Source: Naegleria gruberi | Taxonomy: Eukaryota | Assembly (NCBI GenBank): GCA_000004985.1 | Contig: GG738878.1 | Direction: 5' to 3' (one strand) | Length of the DNA: 64,000 nt | Shown: one piece after another, positions 10,013 to 21,348 of the stretch | How positions within the stretch are numbered: position 1 is the first letter of the stretch | How the letters are laid out: every line of letters starts with the position of its first letter | Made by a program: the position numbers and the translations under genes | The notes under the pieces: generated by a model | What the model saw: the letters and a program-made list of their open reading frames with translations, nothing else | Told to the model about the DNA's origin: nothing | Database searches by the model: none

Positions 10013-12554
10013 TTATTTTATAAATACTTTCTTTGACTCTTTCCACATCTCTGACAAATCTTTTCCTCGAATTAGAGAATTACTTGCTCTCAAGTAGAAA
10101 TGATCTTGATGTTCAAATTGACTGGCACTAGTTAAAATACGTTCCTTAAATTGATTTTCCAATTGTGGAGACTCTGGAATAGATATAGTATTTTCAAAAA
10201 AGGAGGTAATGAGATAATTCTGCAGGGAATTGAGGATTGAAAGAATAATTGGAGATTTGAGGTTCTTGGCTATGTGGAAGAAATCTTTCCCAACGCTTGC
10301 ATTCATTTCTTGAAGATTCTTATCGTTAGTGTTGAGAATACCTTGCATGTAAATACTCAAGTTCAACAACTTGGACATGTACTCCAAGAAGAGAACTTCC
10401 AAATCTTGCTCCCCTTCTGATGTGATAACGCTCAAGAAGGTCAAACATTCTGTCAAGTTTCTTGGAATAAAGCATTCCATTTCTGCCATAACATAGTTGG
10501 TATTCAGTGACATGGAGCTGTACTGACTAGTGAGAATGGCAAAGAATTTCGTGTTAAACTTTTCAAATTGATCGACAAGTTTTGCTGATTTCGTAGTGAT
10601 TCCAGAGAGGTAAGTAAGCTTGAGAAAGTTGAACACCAATTTCTTGAACTGTACACTATTGGTTGTACATCCCTCAATCTGTTGATGGATTTCAATGAGC
10701 AACAAGTATCTGGTAAATAGAGCATGTTGTAACTCCAATACACTTTGAATATCAACATTCTCTGATAACTTGTTCACAATTAGATCAAGCATATTCTTAA
10801 TGACGAGTTGATTGTAGGATGAATTCACACTCTTGAATTCGAGGATGGTATTAAAGAAGGAACTCCACAGATTACAAATTATAGTCTGTATGTCATTGGT
10901 GATAATATTGAAATCCTTCTTATTTTGCTTTACACTCTTCTCACTTTCTAATAATAAGATTGGTCTATTATCATCATGTGGGGAGAGCTTGAATAGACAA
11001 TAGTATTTCAAAAAGAGAGACTCTAGGGAAAAATACATGCCGTGGTAGTATGGTTCCATAATTCTATTGAGAATAGAGAGGAGAACCTTTTCTCTAATGA
11101 AAGGCATCAATTGATTCTTACTCTTATTACCATCCATACACTCAACCAAAAAGCTAACGAATTCATCTGATAAAAAGAGACGAAACATTTCGTTAAAGCT
11201 ATCATCTGGACAGTTTTCCTTAATATCATTAGGGAGGTTTGCTTCAGGGAAGATCATGTGTAAAATGTAATTTCTTCTATCAATTTCCTTTCTAGAGAAG
11301 AGGGCTGGGATTACTGGTGTGGTAGTTGCTGCATTGGAGCTGCTGGAGGCAATTATCTGAGAGTTAGACTGCAATAGATTGGTCCTTTCCAAATCTACTA
11401 CTGTTGCAGAGGGAACCTCATTCTTCTTAGAGACCTTTCTTTTCTTTGCTTCCTCCTTACTTTGAGCTTCCTCTTCAGCTGTCTTCATCTTTGGTCCTCT
11501 CTTCTTAGGTTCATAATAAACACATTCATCAGGTATTCCTCTCTTTTTACATTCACCACAAGGCATTCCCTTATCTTTAAAATGGGGTCTGTAAATTTTA
11601 CTGTAATCTCTACAAATACTTACCACTAAATTAGAGTCAATTACAACCTGCCTAATACATTGAAAATACTTACCATTTACGATGTGATTTTCTACAATTT
11701 ATACATGCCATTCTGGCTTGACTTGGATCTGTGGGTGGTTGTTGGGTTTGGGAGTTATTGGATGAAGGGGCTTGTTGGACGGATGAGGAGGCCACTATTA
11801 CTGATTGTGTTGTCTTTACCAACTCTTGGTCAGCAATACAGTGAGAAACCTTAACTGGTGTCGTGGTAGGACTGTTTGTGACAATAATTCCAGTTGTTGT
11901 GGAAGAGGAAGGATTAGATGATGGTTGCATTTCAGGACTTGTCCCAATTGTTACTTGCTGTGGAGTCTTTCTGTATCCAGATATATAGCCAGGAATAAAA
12001 CTATCCATAGGAACAATATCAATACTTGGTTGAATAATGGCTTGATAAAGAGGAGGTGCATATCTTACAATAGTTTGTGGTTGTGCTGACAAGGCTTCCA
12101 TCAAATCATGACCACCATTACTATGAAGAGGTGGTTTTGGTTCCATATTATTACCACGCCACGATTGTGGATGTTGTTGTTGATAGTGATGAATGTGATC
12201 CACCATGACTTTTGAAGATGGTTGTTGTGAAGTCAAATTATGAATGGAAGGAAGACTGAATCCTTGTTGATGTTGATGTGGAGGTGTCTGGGAAGGAATA
12301 AAAGAGGAAGAATTGCTCTTCATAGCAAGAGGCAAACAGGAAGGGTAAATTGATGAACTCGGATTCATCATGATTAAATTATTGTGCTGATGATGATGAT
12401 TATTACCCACATGATGATGGTGACCACTAGAAGCAATATGAGAATTATTTGTGGTATTATTGGTGGAGGAGGAATTGGTTGGTGTGGATGGAGTGGATGG
12501 CGATTGTTGTTGTTGCCCAGGCTCCACTTTCACCATCACAGCTAAAGGTTTCAT
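10013..12554 (-). CDS. Zn(II)2Cys6 binuclear-cluster (GAL4-type) transcription factor, Q/H/S/P-rich N-terminal region; 2 exons (12554..11674, 11600..10013), 73-nt intron
   Basis: Upstream ORF ends ACINCRKSHRKW*. GTAAGT donor at 11673, acceptor ...gattacag at 11601. Splice gives C-x2-C-x6-C-x13-C-x2-C-x8-C (CINCRKSHRKC...CGECKKRGIPDEC). First ATG at 12554. Confidence 0.65.
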
Positions 12555-13392
12555 AGTTGTTTGTCCCTTCTTGTGTTTTTTGTGGTGTCTTTTTGCTGAT
12601 GAACGCAGAAATCGCACAGAAAGGTTAAAAACGTTTTTTTTTGCGTAAAAATTTTTTTAAGGATTTTATCGTTGCGGGTAAACGAGAAAACTCCGAGTTG
12701 AAAGGTCATCATTCTCTCAAGAAATTGCAATTCTGTTTCAATCAATGGGACAACACAAGTGGGTAATGCAATATATTACTCCATTTCTCCTCAACTTCCT
12801 TGCAATACAAAGTCTAACTTCTGGTTGATTTTATTTGTGAGAAAGAGAAAAAAACATTGAGGGAAAATGCATCATCCAATATTGTTAAACCTTCTCACAT
12901 TTTCCACTGCACCTGCTCTTTATCCATCCAGTAACTGCAGTTTACAGTACAGTTGGAAAATTGTTTGGATACGGCTCCACCTTATCTGAATAGCAAACCC
13001 TTTTCTCAAAGATCCAAAGGGCAGTTTCTCAATGAACCAATGAGATGCAGTAAGTAGTGGGAGCTTTGTAAACTTGAAAAGATCAATTGCGTAAATCATT
13101 TATTTGAATAAATTTTCAAATCTGCCAAATAACCAAAGAAGGGAGCTGTTTCTTACAAATTTTCTTTGAATTCTTGTATAATTCTCCAAGTGAATTCTAA
13201 TATAATGGAAATTTCCAATAGGAATTGTTGCATTAATGAGATGGTTCCACAACAATAAACTTCTCCTTTGGTTGCATACCATCTCACCAAATAATTTCTC
13301 GAATCTATGAAGGATTGTGAAGTCAATACTTACAAGTGATCAATCACACCATATTCTAAAAAAATTAAATATTATTAAAATTTTATTAAAAA

Positions 13393-14040
13393 ATGAGCAA
13401 ACGAAACAGACAAGATTTTGAAAATCATCAATTCATTAATTCGGAGGAAATATTCACTAACAATTTTAATAATAATAATATGGAAGAGAAATCAAAAAAA
13501 ATTGTAAAACTGGAACAAGAAATATTTTCAGATGACATTTGTTTTGAAATAATTTCCATGATTGATGATTCATGGTTTATTTTAAATAATTGTACTTTAA
13601 TTTCAAAACAATTCTTTAATGTGATCAAGGAACGTTCAAAACTTGCTATTCAATTTAAAAAAAAATTTACAGAGAAACGAGTTCAATTATTTTTGAAAAC
13701 TCAATTCATGAATAGTATTGTTAATGTTACATTTTCTAGTTGGTTGCTTGATTCTTTTGAAGAAGCCAAATTCATAACTGAAATGAAACAGTTGATATCA
13801 CTTAATATTCGTGGCTATGATTTTGGTGATGAAGAAGCCAAATTGATAAGTGAAATGAAACAATTAACATCACTTGATATTTCTTACAATCAAATTGGTG
13901 ATGAAGGAGCCAAATATCTAAGTGAAATGAAACAGTTGATATCACTTAATATTCGTGGCAATCGAATTGGTGATGAAGGAGTCAAATATATAAGTGAAAT
14001 GAAACAATTAACATCACTTACATATAAGGGATTATATTGA
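13393..14040 (+). CDS. F-box-like plus leucine-rich repeat (ribonuclease-inhibitor type) protein
   Basis: N-term ICFEIISMIDDSWFILNNCTLISKQFF (F-box-like). Repeated FITEMKQLISLNIRGxxIGDEGAKYLSEMKQLTSL units. Confidence 0.5.
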   Translation: MSKRNRQDFENHQFINSEEIFTNNFNNNNMEEKSKKIVKLEQEIFSDDICFEIISMIDDSWFILNNCTLISKQFFNVIKERSKLAIQFKKKFTEKRVQLFLKTQFMNSIVNVTFSSWLLDSFEEAKFITEMKQLISLNIRGYDFGDEEAKLISEMKQLTSLDISYNQIGDEGAKYLSEMKQLISLNIRGNRIGDEGVKYISEMKQLTSLTYKGLY

Positions 14041-14539
14041 GTGAAGTTTAAGCTTTCCAGATCCCCAGTTTGAAATTTTTCTCTCATCCCTTAGTAACAC
14101 TTTGAAAAGTTATAGAATAATATTCATTTCTTCAAACAACACGGATCAATCTTCAGTACTGAGATTGAAAGTATGAAAGAATGACTGTTGTTTCGGTTTC
14201 CTTGAGTTTAATCGAGTAAGGAAATTTCTGCTTCCGAAGATAAAAATAACATTCCGTATGAAATTCCGTGAGTTCCTTTCCTTCAATCACACATTAAGAA
14301 TTTGTGAGTTCTTCACTCAATCGACAAAAATAACTGCGCTTGTTGTGAGTACAAAGTATTGAGCACGTTCAAATTATTTTCCTTATCAAAACTATAAATA
14401 GATCATGTGAAAAATGTGAAAGCAAAACAATAAGAAAAAAAATTAATTAACATCAACAACTGGTCTACTTGTCAAATTTTGTGTACAAAATCTTAAGAAG
14501 TGTAAATAATACTACTAAATACCAATCAACCAAATCAAA

Positions 14540-15979
14540 ATGAGTTTCATCCACATTCCAATTTCTACTGCAGCTGCTTTCCAACCTCAACAACAAACTA
14601 TTCCAAGACAAGTTTCTTATCCAAATTTGAGAGAAACTTCATCATTCAATGATTATCCAACTCAAAATTTTGTAAATAATGTAACAAAAATTCCACTTTT
14701 GATTTCTCCACAAACAAGACAAGTTGAAAGAAATGTTCCATTCAAAATTTATGTTTTTGAAGGAAAATTCAATCACAATTTGAATAGTGCTTCAAATGTT
14801 TTGAGATTTGAAATTGATTCTAATCATGAGAGAAGTTTCGAATTATTTGATAGAGTTTTGAGAGAACATTCCATTGATAGGAGACAATTTGAATTACATT
14901 ATGTTGATGATGAAGATGATTTGGTTTCATTGACAAATTTAAGAGATTTCCAATTCATGTTGAAATTAATGAAAGGAAAATTGACCAAGATTATTTGTGA
15001 AAAGAAATCAATCAAATCACCACAACAACAAGCATATCCTCAACAATATCCTCAACAACATATTGCCTTCAATAGAATTTCACAAGCATCACCATCAGCA
15101 TGTTTATTTGCTCAATTCCAACAACCAAGAGTTGAATCTCAAAAGAAACAAGCTCCTCAACAACAAGCAGAACAATCTTGGGAAAATATGATTGAAAAGG
15201 CATTTAGATCTGCCTTCTCAAATGAAAATCCAACTCAACCAAAACAATCATTCTTTCCACAAGTTGCTGCTTCCACTCCTCAAACAAAACCAAAAGTGAG
15301 AAGAATTGAAATTAGTCTTTCTGATCTTTTGGGAATTCCAACAAGTAATGAAGCTGCTCAACAACCAGAAAAGGAAGAAACAAAGAAAGAAAAGAAGGAA
15401 AGTACTTCTACACCTCAATCATTCAGAGAATTATTACTTCAAAGAATGAAGGAAATGAGAGAAGAAGAGCAAAAGAGTCAACAATCACAAACTCAAGAAA
15501 AGAAACAAGAAGAGAAACCTATTCAAACTTCTCCAACTGCAATTGTTGTTTCTCAACCAAAAGAAGAAGAAGAACCAATTCAAGAACAAGTGAAGGAGAA
15601 AGAAATTGTTACTGAAAATACTCCAACTATGACCACTTCATTGCTTCTCTCCAATTTAATTGAAGATCAACCAACTGAATCAGTCGTTGAACAAGTTCAA
15701 CAAGAAACAATTGCTTCTCAAGAAGAAACAGAATCAGTGAATCAACAACAAGCTCAACAAGTTTCCAATCAAAATCTTGAAAATCAAGATCCAATTATTG
15801 AATCAATTCCTGAAGAAGAAGAAGAACCAGTTGTGAAAACAACCATTCCACACAAATATCAAAAAGAATTGAAATTATTGAATCAAATGGGTTTCACCAA
15901 TCATATTCTTAATATTACCTTATTGAATAGGTATGAAGGTGATATTCAAAGAGCCATCTCTGATCTCATTCATCAATAA
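14540..15979 (+). CDS. PB1 domain, low-complexity Q/E/P region, C-terminal UBA domain protein (p62/NBR1-like architecture, no ZZ finger)
   Basis: PB1-like FKIYVFEGKF...FELHYVDDEDDLVSLTNLRDFQFM. C-terminal UBA-like KELKLLNQMGFTNHILNITLLNRYEGDIQRAISDLI. Confidence 0.55.
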   Translation: MSFIHIPISTAAAFQPQQQTIPRQVSYPNLRETSSFNDYPTQNFVNNVTKIPLLISPQTRQVERNVPFKIYVFEGKFNHNLNSASNVLRFEIDSNHERSFELFDRVLREHSIDRRQFELHYVDDEDDLVSLTNLRDFQFMLKLMKGKLTKIICEKKSIKSPQQQAYPQQYPQQHIAFNRISQASPSACLFAQFQQPRVESQKKQAPQQQAEQSWENMIEKAFRSAFSNENPTQPKQSFFPQVAASTPQTKPKVRRIEISLSDLLGIPTSNEAAQQPEKEETKKEKKESTSTPQSFRELLLQRMKEMREEEQKSQQSQTQEKKQEEKPIQTSPTAIVVSQPKEEEEPIQEQVKEKEIVTENTPTMTTSLLLSNLIEDQPTESVVEQVQQETIASQEETESVNQQQAQQVSNQNLENQDPIIESIPEEEEEPVVKTTIPHKYQKELKLLNQMGFTNHILNITLLNRYEGDIQRAISDLIHQ

Positions 15980-16298
15980 TCATCAAGTTTAAATAAATAC
16001 TACCTTGTAAATATCTAAATATTAAATAATTCGCTTTACAAGTAGTTGCCTGTTAAGCCATGCATGTTAACCGTACTACAGAATGTAGTTATACTTGTAG
16101 TAGGAGGAAGATCATCTGTTGTTACAAGAGATTCACAAATCAAGTTCTTTATGTAATTGCCATCATTAATTTCTGTTTTTAGTATAATCTACAAATGTTT
16201 AATATTTTGATCTATGTCCTTCAATACATCTGTAACATTAGAATACTGCAAATTTTTCATCTTCTTAATAATATTTGATAAAGGAAGAACATCAAATT

Positions 16299-18697
16299 CT
16301 ACAAAGTGAATGTCGCTCCAAACTTTCTCGTCCACCTTTGAATAAAACTCAAAAGTTTCTTAACAACAATTGACAAGGCGTAAATGTCATGAAGAACTGT
16401 GAATCTTAATTTTGGGTCTGAAGGAGAGTAATCTTCCTTGTAGTTCACAATGCTGGACTGATTCAATAATGTTGAATTGTTAAAATCTATCAAAACTGCT
16501 TCAAAATCAGTTTCATTTTTCATTCTGAACATGATATTATGGACACTTATATCACAATGAACAACTCCATGTTCATGTAGACTTTCCAGAGCCCTAAGAC
16601 ATCCAATAACGGACTTTAAAATTATGTTTCTAACTATTACATTGAGATTTTCATAGATTTCGAGTTTTTGTAAAATATCTGTCAACTCTTCATAATTAAG
16701 CAACTTCTCTTGAACAGTTATATACAATAGATTATTGACCGGACCATAATAATAAATTTCACAAATATTAGTATTTTTTAAACCTTGAATAAGATTCATA
16801 ACTTGAATATTTTCAAACTTTTTGTTTGTGATCTTGAAATAAGATTCCTTAGTATTGTATTTCATTGTACCAAGCATTGTCTTTTGTTTTACAAGTTCAA
16901 TATTATAATTTGATCCAATATTCAAGTTATGAATCTCAGATGATAACATTATAACATTATTCTTGTTATCACCGTCATAAGCATCGTTGTCGTTATTATT
17001 GTTATCACTGTCATCATTACCATAATTGTCTTCACAATCAGTATCATTGTCGGTGTCATTATCATTGTGAAATTGCATTGAATTTAGTTGTTCTACAGTT
17101 CGTATAGAAACCTTCAATACGTAATATACAACTTTTTTTGTAGTATTCCTTAATTTGAAAACTAGTTCTATTTCGTTAGTGGGATGGACGCAATTTTTTC
17201 CCCTTAATAATACTTGCAAAGGAAATCCTTCTGTTTGGGCATTGCTTTTTAAAAACACACATGTCCTATTTTTTTCCTTTTTGAAAATATTATCTGCGTA
17301 ACTATTCATAGTATATTTTGTAATGTTTTTGTGGGGAGGTAAGGGAAACGATAATAATTTTGAAAATACATCTAGAGCTTCATTGTAAGAGTTAAATTCT
17401 AATATGTCAAGTGAAGCGAATCGGTCATAATTGAGATTGAAAAATGGTAAGTCACAAAGTCCTGGATGGAACACAGACTTTGATGATGTTGGAGTGTCAG
17501 CAATCTTTTCTACAAACGACAAACTCTTTTGATTGAACTGAGAGTTTAGAAACCTTCTTCCAATCTGAAGAATAATAGACATTACTTTTGAAATACCGTA
17601 TGGAGTAGTGAAATCATACCATATGCTAGTATATAATCTATAACTATAACTAAAATATTGTTTGTTATCAACTTTAGGAATCAAAAATAATCTCAAAAAG
17701 CAAATTTTGGTACCGGCTGATAGAGACCCAAAAACGTCCAACTCAGTGTCAGAACTTAGCAATTTTCTTTCAAACAGTTCAAAGAGCAACTCTGTTAATG
17801 ATCCTCTCATTAACAACACCACTTTCTTAAAGTCAGGATGATCATACACACTATCTATTTCAATAGGTTTCCATTCTCCAAAAAAGAAACGCCAATCAAA
17901 ATTTTCTAAAACATTAACTCTTGTCAATATTGTGCCAGGCATGAAGTATTTTGTTGTGAAATATCGAGTCAGTCTGGATTGGTTGGATAGTGCATCTTCG
18001 TTTACATTTCTTAAAAAGAATTTGAAAATGTTCGTTGAAATACTTACGCTCTCGATGAAATCTGTCCATTAGAAATGCTTGTAAGGTACGAAAATATGAT
18101 TGAGAGTGATTCGTGATAGTTAATTTCATAATTTTGCTCAAAATGCAAGTTTCTTAAAGCAAAGAGAGGAGATAACAACGGATTTGGATTTCCCTTATTG
18201 TAACTTGAAAAAAGATCATTAGAGAACTCTATAGGACAATTCACGTTTCCTATTTTGTCTTTTTGAAGTACCTGAGTCATAGTTTGCTCCAAAAAACTCA
18301 TTTCTTTGTTGTCGTCAAAACCAATACCGCTCTTTTTAAGAGAAATTAAGCCTTTAGCCAAGAAGGATTTAGTACTTGTGTTTAGATGTGGAGCAACTTG
18401 TTGATTATCTGCTTCTATCTGATCTACATGAATTTCATTTACATTTCCATATACATGTTTCATAATCAAATCATTCTTTGTATTATGTGAAGCCTCAACA
18501 TAAGCACTCTCCCATGCAGATTGGAGGTGATTTGGTATTTTGTTTGAAAAGATATCAGAACCAAATGTATGTAAACTAACCACTGAAAGCACATCAAATG
18601 AATCTCCCAATACATCACCATTTAAAAGATTAGCCTTTTGAGTGTTCTTATTAAACATTCCAGGCCAATACAGCATTCCATTTGTTCCGAATATCAA
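16299..18697 (-). CDS. Large protein of unknown function with C-terminal protein-kinase-like (possibly pseudokinase) domain and D/N-rich repeat; 2 exons joined by 74-nt intron (18047..17974)
   Basis: GTAAGT donor overlaps the stop of track ORF 18044..18697. Acceptor ccag at 17974 restores the frame into ORF 16299..17942 (...ISSRA|LTRYFTTKYFMPGTIL...). Kinase-like HGVVHCDISVHNIMF...LIDFN. 5' start uncertain. Confidence 0.5.
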
Positions 18698-19111
18698 AAC
18701 CCAAACACCTTCTCCATCTTCAAAATCTTGATCTATTAAATTAAGTTTTCTTTTCTCTCCTCTGCTTTCTGTCTAGGTTTATTCAAAGATCAAATACCTA
18801 CTTGAAAAATGCACTAAGGGAAACTTCCTTAAATCTGTTCATTTTTTTTTATTTTGATACGAAAAGAAAAGGTGGTAAAATGCCCTATGTTTTATCTAGT
18901 CATCATCATCTTTAAAATGTCACATAAATCACTTTGTTACAAAGTCTCCAATTACATGTTAACCTTACTCTCCTCCCCAAATCCAAGTAACACTCTTAAA
19001 AAACCTTCAAATCTACAAAACCATGAGCTTTTGTTCTTCCTTTGAACTCTTTAAAAAAATTCAACAAAAATGCAAATCAACGGCTAATTAGGAAGCCTTG
19101 ATGATTTTGTA

Positions 19112-20923
19112 TTGAAAAGGCTGGAAAATCAAACGAACAAAAAAATGAGTCAACTTCAACCCTCGACGATTCTCTCATCGTTTAATAGTAAACAACAGCA
19201 AGGTGGTGTTGGAGGATTGGGATTTAAATCATCTGGATTTCAGGGATTGTCTCTTCCGTTACATTCTATATCTTCATTAAATTCTGTAAATAATCCACCG
19301 TCGACACCTTCACCTATCAATTCAGCTGCCTCCGGTGGCAGTGAAAGTGGTAGGGGAAGAGAACGAGGAAATCATCATCGGCAATCTTCATCGCATGATA
19401 TGGATCAGACACAATTACACTCATCAAGATCAAGAACATCATCGATAGCTTCTGGATTTAATACACCTACTGCTGAATTGTCAGAATTTAGTTTTGGATT
19501 TACAGAGAGGACATCATATCAACATGATGGTAAAAAGAGAGACTTGTCAGAGATGGTGTCCAACTTGTCAAGTGATCGTCAACAGGGTGGTGATGAGTTG
19601 GAAATTTTGAAAAGACAACTTGAATCAACAAAGGAAAGATACGATACATTTAGAAAAGGTTTTATCTTGGAGAGAAATCAGAGATTAAAAACTGTTCACG
19701 ATTTGTACAAATTCACAAAGAAGATGGAAATATTACAAAAACAATTATTCGAGAAAGATACAGCCCTCTTGGCTCTCTCAACGGAAAATGTAAAATTAAA
19801 AGAGGATATTTATGAAATTCACAAGTTTGGAGTAAATTCAACAATGGCACAACCATCAAACAATAATCAACCAACAGCTGCAGCAAGCAACAAGGACAAT
19901 TCCGATAGTGGTTCTAAAAGAAGATTATTCTTTTCGAGAAAGAGAAACATGTCCACAGACTCTGCTGACAACTCGAAAAATTCACTGTCAAACGAGAACT
20001 TAAAACAAGTTGTCAATATGGATTTCACCGACAAGACAGAGTCTCCAAAGGCTGGTAATAACGAAAGCAAGCTGGATGCTATTCAAGAAATGAAACACTG
20101 GAGAGAATTATATAGAAAGACTCAGAACGACCTTAAAAAACGAGAAAAGCAAATAAGTGACCTCCAATCACAGGAACATGTACAAAAGCAAATGTTGCAA
20201 GAAATTCAGGCCAAATATCGTAATACTGAGGGAAATTTGTCAAAGAGTCAAGAGGCTATTACTAGTTTAAAGTCACAATTATTCGAGAGAGAGCAATCAC
20301 ATTTAAACCTTTCAAAGGAAAATGATTTATTACAACAACAGTTGTCAGAGTATCAAAAATGGAAGGAAGACTTTTTGGAAGATTACCAAAACATGGAACA
20401 AACAGTGGCAAACTTGAAGGAAGAAATTGAACGTAAAGATTTAGATCTATTAAGATTAACAGAGAAATGTATGGAACTAAAGGAACAACTCAACTCTGTG
20501 AGGTTGCAAATTAGAAAATTCAGATGTAAGCGTATTTCACAAGGAGGTCTTGCCAACAAGTTGATGGGATCTGTAACAAAAAGCGATGCAGCCATTGTAC
20601 TTCACAAAAATCCACAAAATGGTATTCTTTGGATTGATATCAAAATACGGACAGGAAAAGATCAAGACAGATCAGATTTCAATGCCATTAATTCGAATAT
20701 TGTTCAATCTCACCCTCTCACTTCTATTACAGATATAGTACCGGACGTTCACGACCCAAAACGTTTTTCAATTTATTTCTTTTCTAATGCCACAGCCAGT
20801 CCTTCCAAGAATACTCCAAATTCTGTAATTGAAACATTTGAATGCACCAGTGAAAGTGAAAGAACTGAAACCATGCAAAGTATTCAAGAGTTTATTAGCA
20901 TTGCAGCACAAGCATTCGATTAA
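19112..20923 (+). CDS. Coiled-coil protein with Ser-rich N-terminus and C-terminal PH-like region
   Basis: 603-aa ORF. Long heptad-like E/K/Q/L-rich segment (ELEILKRQLESTKERYDTFRKGF...). C-terminal ~100 aa PH-like (ILWIDIKIRTGKD...RFSIYF...TETMQSIQEFI). Confidence 0.4.
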   Translation: MKRLENQTNKKMSQLQPSTILSSFNSKQQQGGVGGLGFKSSGFQGLSLPLHSISSLNSVNNPPSTPSPINSAASGGSESGRGRERGNHHRQSSSHDMDQTQLHSSRSRTSSIASGFNTPTAELSEFSFGFTERTSYQHDGKKRDLSEMVSNLSSDRQQGGDELEILKRQLESTKERYDTFRKGFILERNQRLKTVHDLYKFTKKMEILQKQLFEKDTALLALSTENVKLKEDIYEIHKFGVNSTMAQPSNNNQPTAAASNKDNSDSGSKRRLFFSRKRNMSTDSADNSKNSLSNENLKQVVNMDFTDKTESPKAGNNESKLDAIQEMKHWRELYRKTQNDLKKREKQISDLQSQEHVQKQMLQEIQAKYRNTEGNLSKSQEAITSLKSQLFEREQSHLNLSKENDLLQQQLSEYQKWKEDFLEDYQNMEQTVANLKEEIERKDLDLLRLTEKCMELKEQLNSVRLQIRKFRCKRISQGGLANKLMGSVTKSDAAIVLHKNPQNGILWIDIKIRTGKDQDRSDFNAINSNIVQSHPLTSITDIVPDVHDPKRFSIYFFSNATASPSKNTPNSVIETFECTSESERTETMQSIQEFISIAAQAFD

Positions 20924-21348
20924 ATTATTTCATACATTATCAATTACTTGTCTTGATTGATAAAATCCTTCTTTTGGATGATTTCTATGCCATTTTTTAT
21001 GATTTGTATCGGTAGACTGGGTTTTTCGAGAAGAGTATTTTTCTGATTGTATGTTAGTCTGTTTCTTTTCATATACCCATTCCCATTTCTCTAATCCCTT
21101 TGTTGTACAATATTTTTGGAAAGTAAACTCCCAAACATTGTTTGATTTACATTTAGTTCTGAATTTGCTAGCACTGTACTTAGGTGATTTTTCCGAACTC
21201 TTCTCTACACGAGGTGTTTGTGATCTCACTTTTCCGTATGGAACTAGACTCATCAAAATGTTTTTTTTTAATTTTATTGTAAACTCTGAATGTTTAGTGA
21301 TGTGTGCTCTAAAATTATCAATAAAGGTAACTGGCAGTGTTGTATTTT

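Noticed and set aside
12451-12648. Antisense/overlapping short ORFs with no protein-like composition or support. Examples are 12451..12648, 23622..23861, 23671..24063, 31734..31994, 32764..32961, 26815..27436, 28137..28761 and 6535..6807.
   Set aside because: Each lies inside a longer, homology-supported ORF on the other strand or in another frame. They are by-products of low-complexity or AT-rich coding sequence.
12600-16300. Additional tRNA genes in GC-richer intergenic patches (12660-12720, 16040-16100, 43920-44100, 54400-54540)
   Set aside because: None shows a GTTCGAnTC-type T-loop with a flanking 7-bp acceptor pairing. Only the 27969..28055 locus folds as a tRNA.
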